Source of the DNA: the human T2T-CHM13v2.0 reference genome, Homo sapiens
Assembly (NCBI RefSeq): GCF_009914755.1
Contig: NC_060943.1
Reading direction: 5' to 3' (one strand)
DNA length: 64,000 nucleotides
Part shown: piece by piece, positions 1 through 25,245 of the stretch
How the letters are laid out: each line of letters starts with the position of its first letter
Position numbering within the stretch: the first letter of the stretch is position 1
Program-made: the position numbers and the translations under genes
Notes under the pieces: generated by a model
What the model saw: the letters and a program-made list of their open reading frames with translations, nothing else
The model's database searches: none
What the model was told of the DNA's origin: nothing

Positions 1-4066
<4,066 letters not shown>

Positions 4067-4306
4067 AAATCTATCATTCTTAGAGTCTTGAGTCCGGCGT
4101 CTAGGATTCTGTAATTCGAACACTCCAATATTCGGATGCTCTGTGGTGCTATGGCTGTTTCAAGGACTCCCAGATTTTATGCGTCTAAGGTCCCATGCTC
4201 AGACTCCCCTGAGTCAGTTCTGCAATCCCCACCCAGGATCCGGGCATCCCAGGTCAGCTTCCACCTTGGATTGGTCCTCCCTCCATCACACCATGGATGC
4301 CCTCAC

Positions 4307-4417
4307 CTCAGTGGGGGGCCGCAGTTGACCAGGGCGATGGTCTTGCTGATATAGGTGTCAGGTAGCATCTCCCGGACTGCTGGGTTCTCATGGAATCGCT
4401 CCACACGCTGCTGGAAG
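4307..4417 (-). CDS. EXOC3L2: EXOC3L2 coding exon (exon 7): (S)[36 protein letters not shown](R)
   Basis: Acceptor cccaccag|C and donor GAG|gtgagg. 111 nt, phase 2-2. The 'IALVN' segment is typical of the Sec6/EXOC3 family. Confidence 0.93.
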
Positions 4418-4618
4418 CTGGTGGGAGGAAAGGGGACAGATAGGGCGCCACTGGGTCAGGGTCCCTCGTGGGCACCCAGCCTGCCAAAGCCACCATCCCT
4501 GCGGTGGCACTCTACCTGTCCTCAGGTGACTCCCTCTCATCTCTCCTCTCTCTATTGGATCCCAGGCCCTGATGCCCAACCCCCAGCAGAGCTAACCTGT
4601 GCTCCCAGGTTCCCCTAC

Positions 4619-4719
4619 CTCTGCAGGAACTCTGCCAGCCCGCCTAGGCAGCAGTGGGCCATCCGCTCCCCAAACTCCTGGCTGATGCGGGGTGCTCGCT
4701 CTGTGTGCTCTTCCAGCAG
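4619..4719 (-). CDS. EXOC3L2: EXOC3L2 coding exon (exon 6): [33 protein letters not shown](S)
   Basis: Acceptor cctcacag|CTG and donor GAG|gtaggg. 101 nt, phase 0-2. Confidence 0.93.
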
Positions 4720-4809
4720 CTGTGAGGTCCAGGGCGACAAGAAGAGGTGAGGAGGGGCAAGGTCCCACTTTCCATCCAGCCCATCCCCCAGCCTCCCTCC
4801 ACCTCCTAC

Positions 4810-4911
4810 CTCACACACATCCTGGGCCAGGCTGCTGGGCTGGTCCTCCAGGCTCCCCCAGTGCTCTTCGTCCTCCTGCAGCACACGGAGAAGGGCAGCC
4901 CGGGTCTGAGC
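4810..4911 (-). CDS. EXOC3L2: EXOC3L2 coding exon (exon 5): [34 protein letters not shown]
   Basis: Acceptor ctactgtag|GCT and donor GAG|gtagga. 102 nt, phase 0-0. Confidence 0.93.
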
Positions 4912-5139
4912 CTACAGTAGGGAGAGGGGAGACAGGCAGGAGTTGGGGGCGGCCTGGAGGTCTTTTTTTTTATCTCTTTCTCCCACCACAATCCCCTAGC
5001 CCTTAACCCCAAGCAGTTCTGGATTCTACCTATGAGCTTGTCAAGGTGATGCTGGGGAGGGAGGCTGAGCCAGAAAACTTCTGCAGCCCTTCCCACTCCT
5101 AACTCTGTGGTTTGGAACTTCATATTAAAAGTCTGGTTT

Positions 5140-8110
<2,971 letters not shown>

Positions 8111-8432
8111 GAGCGAGACCCTGCCTCAAAAAAAAAAAAAAAAAAAAAATCTTTGATGCTATACTTCTGTGAGTCTTTGGGCCTGTGAGCTGTAGTTCTG
8201 TGACTAACTTTCTTGTACTCTAAGGTTTGAAGTGTCCAGATATACTGAACCTTTACCAAGTGTCTCTGTACAGCGGCCTTTGTGTCTATGGCACATGGAT
8301 AGAACTCAGAAGTTCGTAAAGGGAAAAGGGAGTTGGAAAGAGTGAAAGGTGGAGGGGACAGGCTTCCCAAGCCCACTGTGACCCCCTCCCTCCACAGCAC
8401 CTCCTGCTTCCAAAATGCAAAGTTCCAGGTAC

Positions 8433-8544
8433 CTTAACATCTGTGACGCATTCATCCTCCAAACCCCGCAGGGTGCCAGGGGAGAGAAGGGGCCCCAGCT
8501 CCCCATTCTCCAGGGCGGCCATGTCCACCAGCCCTAGGACCTCT
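8433..8544 (-). CDS. EXOC3L2: EXOC3L2 coding exon (exon 4): (R)[37 protein letters not shown]
   Basis: Acceptor catccccag|AG and donor AAG|gtacct. 112 nt, phase 2-0. Confidence 0.93.
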
Positions 8545-9339
8545 CTGGGGATGGGGGTGAGAGAAAAGGAGGTCTGTGAAAAGTGGGGCTGGGCAGTTGG
8601 AACCTTCCCCACACCCTCCTACCCACTGTTTCTGTGACCCTGGGCCACTCCCTTCCTCTCTCTAAGTCATCTCTGCTCATCCCTCAGAGGAAGTCTTTGG
8701 AATTGTTGCTTCCCCGGCTCCAGCTCTCTGAGTCAGCTCCCTGATGGATGGTGTCCCGGCATGATATTTAGGGGTCAAGTCCAGGCTTGAAGATCTGACA
8801 TGCAAGGCTTCACCCATGATCCATTTCACCAGACAGAAGTTCCCTTTGCACCTATGCTCTGAGGCCCTGCTGCCTTACCTGGCCTTGGAGGCTTCCCCAG
8901 TCCAGCCCTCTCTCCCCACCTTCTACGAGCTTACATGCCTGGAGCTATGTGATATCATCAATATCCACCCCCAAACACCCCAGACTTGGGCTCATGGCAT
9001 CCTCTCAATTATAAACACCATTGCCCTACAAATTGGACCAAACCCAGTTCCCACCACTTTAGGAAGCTTTCCGGACTCCCTATCCTGCCTCCATCCCTTA
9101 TAGATAACATGAGAGCATTATTGACATACATTCCCAAATGAGATCTATGTGGTCAATGTGGGTATCTGTTGCCTTCCCAGTCTTCCGGTGACAGCATCCT
9201 GATTTTGTTGGAAGAACCACCCACCCCCTTCACTGTCCAACGTGTGGCTTGGATGTGGCTAACTCCCTTTTCTCTGGGGTAGACAGGTGACCTGGAGGTG
9301 GCTAATCACCATAGTCCATCCCCCGGCCACAAGAATGGG

Positions 9340-10810
<1,471 letters not shown>

Positions 10811-10859
10811 GGGGGTAGGGCTGAGGGTTTCACGTGACCTTGGGCAACTGAGTCCAGCT

Positions 10860-11560
10860 TACCTGGGGTAGACCTGATTGTGCCAGTGCAGCAGCGCGTA
10901 GCGGTCGGCCAGCGGCAGCCTGCGACGGGCGGAGGCCCCCAGCCACTCGGCCAGGGCCCCGTGGTAGCCGCGCAGGTAGACGCCGAAGGCGCCCAGGCCG
11001 GCGGGGTAGGCGGGCGCCAGGCGGCCCCGCACCACGGCCATATCCTCCAGCAGCCGCGCCCGCAGCGCCTCCAGCTGCCCGGCCAGGCCCCCGGGCGCCC
11101 CGGGAGCCGCTGCCTCTAGGCGCTCCCGGGCCGCGCGCGCCACGGCTTCGGCCCAGCGTGCGCGTAGTTTGCGGGCCGCCCCGGGACCCCGACGCCCGTC
11201 GGCCGCCTCCTCCTGTACCAGCACCTGGCCCAGCTGCGCCACCGCGCCAGCCCCGGCGCACGCTCCCGGCCCGGGGCCCGCCAGCGTCTCGCGCACCAGC
11301 GCCCACAGCTCGCGCTGCAGGGCCTCGTACAGCAGCGCCACGTCCCGCGCCCGGCGGCCCCCGCCAGCGCCCTCGGCCTTGGGAGGCCCAGGCGCGCCGC
11401 CCCTCGACGGCGCCAGCTCCTCGGCCTCTAGCTCCAGGATGTGCTCGTCCGCACGCGCTAGTTCGCGCTGCTGGATCAGGCTCAGGATCTCCAGCACTGC
11501 GGGAGCAAAGCGGGAGGTCAGCAGTGCGCGGGGGGGAGGAGGGCGATGCCGGACGCGGGG
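10860..11560. promoter_or_regulatory. Intragenic CpG island coinciding with EXOC3L2 exon 3
   Basis: Very high GC content with dense, unmutated CpGs over about 700 bp. Confidence 0.85.
10863..11496 (-). CDS. EXOC3L2: EXOC3L2 coding exon (exon 3): (V)[26 protein letters not shown]...[13 protein letters not shown](R)
   Basis: Acceptor ttgctcccgcag|TG and donor CAG|gtaagc. 634 nt, phase 1-2. Matches ORF-track entry 10859..11497. Contains the Sec6-like 'PAYP..F..Y...YH' and 'LLHW...YP' motifs. Confidence 0.94.
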
Positions 11561-11693
11561 TTGGGGGTGCTTAGGAAGGGGAGAGAGATGAGGGGAAAAG
11601 GGTTACAGGAGGCGGGAAAGTGTGGGGGCAGAGAAGAGCCCGGAGAAGAGCAAGAAAGAAGGATGTTGAGTGAAGGATGTAGGGGAGGGGTCA

Positions 11694-11966
<273 letters not shown>

Positions 11967-12934
11967 TCAAAAATAAATAAATAAAAAAGAGAGAGGGGGA
12001 AAAGAAAAATGCCTGTGACTGAGGAGGGGATCTGGGGAGGTTGCAGGGCGGAAAAATGGAGGAGGGGTCGGAGGAGGCGAGAAGGTTGAGAGAGGAGCCA
12101 CGTAAGGGGGAGAGAGATGGAGGCAGCCGGTGGGAGTAGGAGGGGCAGGGTGGTGACTTGGAGATGGGGAGAGGATATGGGACCACTGATGGGGTCTTTT
12201 TGGGGTGGGGATGGCTGTGGGCTGATCTGGCCCTCTGATGAGTTCAGACTGCCTCGAGAAAGGCGAGTCGGGCTGGAAGGCCTCTGAGGCTGAAGGAGGG
12301 TCCTGGCAGCCCAGGGTTACCCTCGACACCTCCACCCCCCTCCACTTCCTCCCTGGCAGAGAAACTATTTCCTGGCCAGCGCTATTTCTGCCCATCCGTT
12401 TCCAGAAGGCGGGGCTCTAGTCACCCCCTCCTCACCTCCCTCCAGTGCCCTCCCAGTCCCCAGGGAGCTGGGGCTGAAATAGCCTCTGGCCAGAACGTGG
12501 AGGGCATCAGAGGACAGAAAAGGCTCTCCTGAGGTCCCCAGCCCTGGAGCAGTTCGGGCCTCGGGGCTAAAAGCCGGGCTCAGGCACGGGAGCAGAGATA
12601 AAGGCAGGGTTGGGGGTGGCGGTGAATTAAGATGGGGATTGGGACACGGATGGGGATAGGGCCGGAGGTGAGGATGGGGTGAAGGTGGGGGTTGGGATGA
12701 GGGAGTTTAGGGTTAGGATGAGGTCAGGTGGGAGTCTGGACAGAAATGGGAAAGAGGCAAGAATGACATTGGGGTCTGGGTAGGGATGAGGTTGGAGAGG
12801 TGGGGGAGGGGAATGTAGGTGAAAGCTGAGGATGGAAAGGACATAAAGATTGATGTGAAGGCCGAGTGCGGTGGCTCATGCCTGTACTCCTAGCACTTTG
12901 GAAGGTGGGCGGATCACCTGAGGTCAGGAGTTCA

Positions 12935-13267
<333 letters not shown>

Positions 13268-13360
13268 TCAGGATAGGGGTGAAGATAGATTAGGGATGAA
13301 GAGGAGGTTGCGTTTGGAGTTGGAATTGAAACTGGGGGCTGAGGAAGAACTAGGAACTCA

Positions 13361-13522
<162 letters not shown>

Positions 13523-13569
13523 TTAGCCAGGCATGGATGGTGATGCATGCCTGTAATCCCAGCTACTCA

Positions 13570-13755
<186 letters not shown>

Positions 13756-13875
13756 TTAAGAGTGAGACCAAAAGAGTTTAAAAGGGTGGAAGGTGAACAT
13801 GGGGAAGAATGGGATATGAAACGGGGCTGGACCAGTTGGGGGTTGCCATGGTGTTGGACATAGACAATGACATTA

Positions 13876-14004
<129 letters not shown>

Positions 14005-14351
14005 CTACAAAAAATGTGAAAATTAGCCAGGTGTGATCATATGTGCCTGTAGTCCCAGCTACTCTGGTGGCTAAGGTGGGAGGATTGCTTGAGCCCAGGA
14101 GGTCAGGGCTGCAGAGAGCCATGATTGCACCACTGCACTCTAGCCTCCAGCCTGAGTGATAGAGCGAGACCTTGTCTCCAAAACTAGATGGCATTTGGAG
14201 GAAAGGATGAGCTGTACGAGAAGCATACGGATGTGTCTCAGATAGAGACTGATGGTGGGCTTGGAATAAGTGTGGGGTGAGAACAGAAAAGGCACTGAGG
14301 AAGACACTGGGGCTTGGAGTAGGAATGGGGACTGAGGATGAAGACAGGGTG

Positions 14352-14882
<531 letters not shown>

Positions 14883-15193
14883 TCAGGTATTCCCTTGGCT
14901 TTAGACATGGGAGTAGGGCTGAAGACGGCAGGTGGAGGAGGCAAAGATTGAGGGTGGGCATATATTAACAGGTGGCACTGAAGAGAAAGGTTGACGACAG
15001 GGATTAGGACTGCAGTGGTAATGGGTTGGAGCTGGCATGGAGGTGGGAGATGTGAGTTAGACATGTGAATTGCAGGTCGGGGTCACAGGTGGTAGCTGGG
15101 ATGGGCTTAAGTATGAAGCCTGGGACCACCAGGGCTGGGGATGGACATGGGCACTGGGATTCTCCCAGGACAGGGTCAGGGCTCCGGACTCAC

Positions 15194-15716
15194 CTGACAA
15201 TGGCTCCTTCATCTTTGGGGGCTCTGGGACCTTGGGTGGGGGCTCTGGAGCTGCCTCGCCTGCAGGCACCACTCTCTCAGCCAGGGACGCACGCTGGGGC
15301 TTGGATCCACGCCCCAGTCTCAGGAAGGCCAGTCTCCGGGCGGCCTCCCCCGCTGCCTCCTCGTCGCCGTGGGCTCGGGTCCCATGCAGCCGGGCCAGGA
15401 GGCCAAAATCTGCTGAGCTCCTGCGTATCCCTGGTACCAGCACACGGCCCAAGAAAGAGCGGGGCTGCCCATCCCCAGGGCTGCCTGCCCGCCGGCCCGG
15501 GGCCCAGCCCAGCCGGAAGGGGGCCAGGCCCGCAAGCTTCTCCAGGGTGGCGCGGCGGCGACAAGATGTTCCATTGGGGAGGGACCCCAGCTCCCCGGCC
15601 TCTTCTTCCTCCAGCCCTGAAACTTCTTCAAAGGGGTTCCGAGAGGACCTCAGGGGCAGGGTCCCCGCCCGGGGCACCTTAGGGTCTGACACTCCCAGAT
15701 TCTTCAGGATAGGCAT
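15194..15716 (-). CDS. EXOC3L2: EXOC3L2 first coding exon (exon 2, spanning 15194-15732, ATG at 15716): [31 protein letters not shown]...PPKMKEPLS
   Basis: Acceptor ttttttccccag|GTC at 15732, ATG in AAAATGC context, donor CAG|gtgagt. 523 coding nt with phase 1 out, which joins exon 3 in frame. Confidence 0.88.
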
Positions 15717-15853
15717 TTTGACAGGTGGGGACCTGGGGAAAAAAATAATGACCATGGGCGATGCTGATGACAATGGTGGTATGGATGACGGTGCCTCTGT
15801 GTACCGAGCACTTTGGGGTGAGCGTACCAGACACTTGCCTGAGCACTTAATAA

Positions 15854-16168
<315 letters not shown>

Positions 16169-16171
16169 TGA

Positions 16172-16472
<301 letters not shown>

Positions 16473-16939
16473 TGAGCCACCTCTGCTGGCCTGGAATATT
16501 CTCTATCTTAAGTTGATCCTCCTACTCCGTGGAGAAACAGGCTGAGAGGGGGGAAGGCTCCCTCCCAAGATGACACAGTCAGTCAAGGGCAGAGATGATA
16601 TGGGGACTCAGGCCCTACCATCCACCCAGACGTCCAGGGCAGACTCCTGAGCACCTGCCTACACCCCCTCATCCCCTTCATTTCTCCTGTTTGATTTGTA
16701 CCCTTGTCATCTCTCCCTCATTCATCTCTTCAGCAAAAACTTATTGGGAAATGTCTAGAATAGGCAAAGCCTAATTTTTTTTTTTTTTTTTTTTGAGACT
16801 GGGACTCACCCTGTCACCCAGGCTGGAGTGCAATGGCCCCATCATAGTTCACTGCAGCCTGAAACTCCTGGGCTCAAATGATCCTTGTACCTCAGCCTCC
16901 TCAGCAGCTGGGACTACAGGTGTGTACCACCATGCCCAC

Positions 16940-16969
16940 TTAATTAATTAATTAATTAATTAATTAATT
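16940..16969. repeat. (TTAA)n self-complementary microsatellite within an Alu middle linker
   Basis: ttaattaattaattaattaattaattaatt. Confidence 0.9.
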
Positions 16970-17406
16970 TATTGAGACAGGGTCTTGCTATGTTGCCCAG
17001 GCTGGTCTCAAACTCCTGGCCTCAAGGGATCTATCCACTTCTGCCTCCCAAAGTGCTGGGATTACAGGTGCAAATCACCTCGCAGGTCTCTAGGCAAATC
17101 CTTAGAGACAGAAAGGAGACTGACAATAGGACTGGAGAGAACGGGGAATGGCGAGTGGCTGCTAATGGATGCAGGGTTTCCTTTTGGGGAAAGGAAGACA
17201 CTCTGGAACTAGATAAAGGTGATGGTTGTACAACACTGTGAATGCATTAAGTGCCACTTAATTGTATGCTTTTAAAATGGCTTAAGGCCAGGCGTGGTCG
17301 CTCATGCCTGTAATCCCAGCACTTTGGGAGGTGGAGGCAGGCAGATCACCTGAGGTCAGGAGTTCGAGACCAGCTTGGCCAACATGGTGAAACCCCGTCT
17401 CTACTA

Positions 17407-17610
<204 letters not shown>

Positions 17611-17965
17611 TTAGCCATGGGCCCAGCCCTGTGCAGGCGTTAGGGACACAGCAGTGGCCAGGGCAGCCCCCATCCCTGCCATTACAGCTTCCTGAGTCCT
17701 GCCCATTCCATCTCCTAAGCCTCTCTTCAGTCTGCGCTCCCTCCTTTCACTCACTTCCCATAGCCCCTACCCCAAGCGGAACCCTTGCCCACTTCCCTGC
17801 CCTGGCCTCCTCCCTGGTCCCCAGCCTCTAGTCTTGGCACCTCCAGTCCGCCTTTGAGGACCTTGAAAAAGCGCAAACCAGGCCGGGTGCAGTGGCTCAC
17901 GCCTGTAATCCCAGCACTTTGGGAGGCCGAGGCGGGCGGATCACAAGGTCAGGAGATCGAGATCA

Positions 17966-18338
<373 letters not shown>

Positions 18339-20256
18339 TCAGCATCTGCTGGTGCTTCTACATAGACGCCTGTTCTCCATGCTCCAGTCAGGACTTCAGG
18401 ACTCACACTTCAGGACTCAGCCCCATGCCCCCTCCTCCAGGAAGCCCTCTGTGACCCTCAGGCTCCCAGTCCCTGGGTTCCCACACCTCACCTCTGCCTG
18501 CTCTGGGTCATCCCTGTCTGGGGACAGATCTGTGTCCCTTACTGGACTGCAAACCTCAGCAGGACAGGGCTGGGGCTGTCTCAGTCACCACTGTGTCCCC
18601 AGCTCCCAGCACAGGGCAGACACTCAGGGAATGGGTGCTAAACAGGAAATGAAGGAAGGAAAGTGGCAAGACAGTTCATTCCTTGTGTGGGGAGGAGGAG
18701 GGTGAGTCGAGCTGGAAGAGGTCACTAGGGAGCAGGCCACGCAGGGCTTTAAGTTCCTTGATAAGGGACAGGCTTTCTTCCAAGAGCCCTGCAGAGCCAC
18801 AGATAGGTGCTTTTTAAAACAATGAAATAGTTCAAACATTCGGAAAAGTACAGAAGACAAGCTTAATAAACACTTCTGTGCCTACAATCCTAGCCACAGC
18901 TCACACAATCATTTGCTCTCTTAGTTCAGGTTTTTGTTGTTGCTTTTGTCTTTAGAGACAGGATCTCACTCTGTTGCCCAGGCTGGAGTGCAGAGGCGTG
19001 ATCATGGCTGGCTGCAGCCTTGAACTCCTGGGCTCAAGCGATCCTCCCACCTCAGCCTCCCAAGCAACGGGGACATCCTGCTAATTTTATTGTTTAATTT
19101 TTTGTTATAGATGGGGTCTCGCTATATTGCCCATGCTGGTCTGGAACTCCTGCTCCTGGCCTCAAGCAATCCTCCCTCCTCGGCCTCCCAAAGTACTAGA
19201 ATTACAGGCGTGAGCCACCATCCACTGCCCTGATTTTTGTTTTAAAGAACAAGCCAGGCGCAGTGGCTCACGCCTATAATCCCAGCACTTTGGGAGGCCG
19301 AGGAGGGAGGATCACCTGAGGTCAGGAGTTTGAGACAAACCTGGCAAACATGGTGAAACCCTGCCTCTACTAAAAACACAAAAATTAGCTGGGTGTGGTG
19401 GCGGGTGCCTGTAGTCCTAGCTACTTGGGAGGTTGAGGCAGGAGAATCACTTGAACCCAGGAGGCGGATGCTGCAGTGAGCCCAGACTGTGCCACTGCAC
19501 TCCAGCCTAGGCAACAGAGCGAAACTCCATCTCAAAAAAAAAAAAAAAAAAAAAGAATTACAAATGCGTGCAGCCTCCTCCTGCCACCTCTCCTGGTCCC
19601 ACTCGCTCTGGCCTTCTCCTAAGGAATCCAGCATCCAGAATGAATGTGCTGTTTACCCGTCCAAGTAGATTTTTATCCCATGCTCCATAGACTTGTATCC
19701 AGAAATAATATACTGTTCTACATGGTTTCAAACTCTCTATAAATGGTATCATACTATTTGTATCTTGCAACTTGCTTTAAAATTTATTTTTTTGCTCACG
19801 TTATGAACTTGTGAGAATTTATCCATGTCTAGCCATACAGCTCCAGTTCATTTAAGTGCTATGTAATATTCCACTATATGAATTGTGTAAAGGGTCAGAT
19901 GTTCACTTGTTCTTCTATTGCTGGACGTGTAGCTTGTTTGTCACCACGACAGGGTTCTGAGCAGGTCAGGACAGGGTCAGGATTATGCAGACGTGCGGGG
20001 GTGGACAGGAGGCCTGGGAAGAGGGTGGTGTGCAAAAGGCCTGGGTTGCCTAGGCTATGAGTAAGAGCACCCCTTTCCATGATGGGGAGGCCCCTTCTTT
20101 CTTTCCCTGTTTCAACCCCTGAGCTGCTGCTTCTCAACCCTCCAGTTCCTAGAAACGCTCTCGGACCTCCTTCCGGTCTCCATGGGCCCCCGCCCCCACA
20201 GGAGGCAGTCACCATGACGACCCCTTGCCTGGAGCCCCCATGGCTGTGTGCAATAG

Positions 20257-20893
<637 letters not shown>

Positions 20894-22012
20894 TGATTTC
20901 TCTTTCATCCTCTGAACTGGCATCCACATGCCTCATCCCAAAATGGCTCCATCATCCCCCCTCCACCCCATAACTGTCTCCATCTTCCTCTCAAAATTTC
21001 AGGCTCGAATTTCCCTCCAATTGAAGTCAACCTTGCCCGGACTACATCTGACTTTCCCCCACCTGGCTTCAATATCGCCTCCAAACTGGATCCAACATCC
21101 CCAAACCTGGCTGCAACATTTTCCCAAAACTGTCTCCGACGTCTTTCCCCTTCCTGGCTCCAACACCCGCCTCTGCAAACTGGTGCTGACATCCTGCCCC
21201 CTCCAACCCTCTGTCTGCCTCCCAGTGCCCAGCCCCTGACTCACTTCCGAGGCATCCCTCAAGCCCCCAGCCTCTCAGGCCCGCAGGATGTCTTGGCCAC
21301 CAGAGCTTCCCTCTTTGAGCCCCTCCTCCTCTTCCTCACTGCCAGCCTTTTCCCCGGAGTCCCTAACCTTCTGCAGCGGCCCTGACCTCGGTTTGCGGAA
21401 TCCATCACCTCCAACGCTCAGCATCTGTATTAGAGAACGGTCTTTCCATATGGCATGTCCCCAAGCCCAACCCCAACCAGTGCAACCCCAATCTAGTCCT
21501 TGACCCCAAACACAATCCTGTCATCAGCCCAGACCACTGCAAGCTCATCCACATCTCCAATCCCAACCTGATCTCGGTCTCTCCTGCTTGATCTCAATCC
21601 CTACCTGGTCCCTGTCTCCCATCTCCGAGACCCCATCTCTTGGGATAGAACAAATACCCGATCCTTCCTGGCCTCAGTCTTCCCGCCCAGACTCGCAGGA
21701 CATTCGACCCAATGTCATCTCATCTCTATTCTCCTTTGGTGGCACCAAGGTTTCTAATGCTCCCTTGCACCCTTTGTGGACCCCGCGAGTCCTCAAATTC
21801 TCCCCTGCACCCTCCTCTCATTTTCATCTCCTTTCTGCCTTCTCGCCAGCACCCCTCTGGAGTCAGGCCCCAGATTCTCTCTTTGCCCCCAGCCTCTGCT
21901 GGGTTCAAGGTACAGGTTCTCATCAGCTCTGGTCCAGTGCAACTAAGGGCAACTGTTTTCCCAGTTGCCCTGGGGAAGGGGGACCCCTTCCCCCTGTCCC
22001 CAGCACACTCAC

Positions 22013-22085
22013 CTCTGTCCTCCTGCCCGTCCTTCTGTTCCCGCTGCTGTCCTGTCCCCAGGCTACTTCAGCCAGGACTGCTGGG
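22013..22085 (-). other. EXOC3L2: Probable non-coding exon 1 of EXOC3L2 (TSS position approximate)
   Basis: Strong donor GAG|gtgagt at 22013/22012 in unique non-repeat sequence, directly downstream (minus sense) of a promoter-like motif cluster. No ATG within the exon. Confidence 0.7.
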
Positions 22086-22300
22086 AGCTTGGATCTGAGT
22101 TGGGGGGGTGCTCGGAGGAGGACAATTTCCTGTCAGGAAACCCCTCCCTCTCTGGGGCCAGGGGCGGGAAGGACTCATTATCTGTCTGCCCTTTTAGGCC
22201 AGGCTGCGGTTGGGCTGGGAAGGCCGAGGCCCACAGCTGGGCCCCCACCCTCACCCCCGCTCCAGGCCGGAATCCGCCCACTCCTGCATGCTCTTCACGC
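22086..22300 (-). promoter_or_regulatory. Putative EXOC3L2 proximal promoter
   Basis: ACAAT (22122-22126), inverted ETS pair TTTCCTG-T-CAGGAAA (22126-22140), GC box GGGGCGGG (22161-22168), GATA site TTATCT (22178-22183). Confidence 0.6.
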
Positions 22301-22457
22301 CTCCCAAGGTGACAACACCATCCTGGGCGCCCCGGGGAGACACCCCAAGCTGGACGCCAGCCCAGAGCTGCTCTCCAGCATGGGCAAGCCCCGAGGCCTT
22401 AGAATGAGAACCGGGGGGCAGGCACGCATCTCTCTAGAGTTCCCTGCCACGGGCTGA

Positions 22458-22967
<510 letters not shown>

Positions 22968-23273
22968 TAAGCCACTGTGCCCAGCCTGTCAATTTCTTTA
23001 TTGCACCTTCTACAATCTGAAATTATCAGATGCAACTGGATTCCTTGCAGATAAACTCAGCAAAGCTCACTTTGTTGATCCTGTTCATCTTTATAAGCCT
23101 AGCTGCGTGCCTGGCCCTCAGTAGTCAAGATTTAAATGAATTTAAATGAAGCTGAGGGTTGGAGGTGGGTTTGGAGATGGACTTCCTGCTAGAGTTGGGA
23201 TGCCAAGTGAAGTGAGGGCTGGGGCTGGAGCTGGTGCTGGGTGGGGTTGGGTATGAGAGTCAGGGTTACTTTA

Positions 23274-23943
<670 letters not shown>

Positions 23944-24023
23944 TCAGGCACAGCCTGAGGGGGATGCGTGATCACTGGCCTAGGCAAAGTCCAGGCTGGG
24001 ATCAGGGTTGGGGTCAACATTAG

Positions 24024-24493
<470 letters not shown>

Positions 24494-24571
24494 TAGCCAG
24501 GATGATCTCGATCTCCTGACCTCGTGATCTGCCCGCCTCGGCCTCCCAAAGGGCTGGGATTACAGGCGTGA

Positions 24572-24748
<177 letters not shown>

Positions 24749-25056
24749 TAAATTTTATTATTATTTTTTATTGAAATACAATTCACATACATAAGAGTCA
24801 CCCTTTTCAAACAGAGTCCGGTAGGTTTTAGTATATTCACAAGGTTGCAGCAAGCGTCACCACTATTTAATTCCAGAACATTCTCATCACCCCAAAAAGA
24901 AACCTGGTACCCATCAGCAGTCATTTCTCATTCCCCAGCCTCCAACCCCTGGCAACCATTAATCTACTTTCTGTCTATGGATTTGCCAATTCTGAATATT
25001 TCATATGAATGGAAGCATACAGTAAGTGGTCTTTTGCGTCTGACTTCTTTCGCTAA

Positions 25057-25245
<189 letters not shown>

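Noticed and set aside
15733-15773. In-frame upstream extension [14 protein letters not shown] of EXOC3L2
   Set aside because: It lies in the intron's branch/polypyrimidine region upstream of a strong acceptor at 15732. The ATG at 15716 is the plausible start.
21588-22457. 289-aa plus-strand ORF across the EXOC3L2 promoter
   Set aside because: Non-ATG start, P/S/L-rich low-complexity product from pyrimidine-rich DNA, and no homology recognised.
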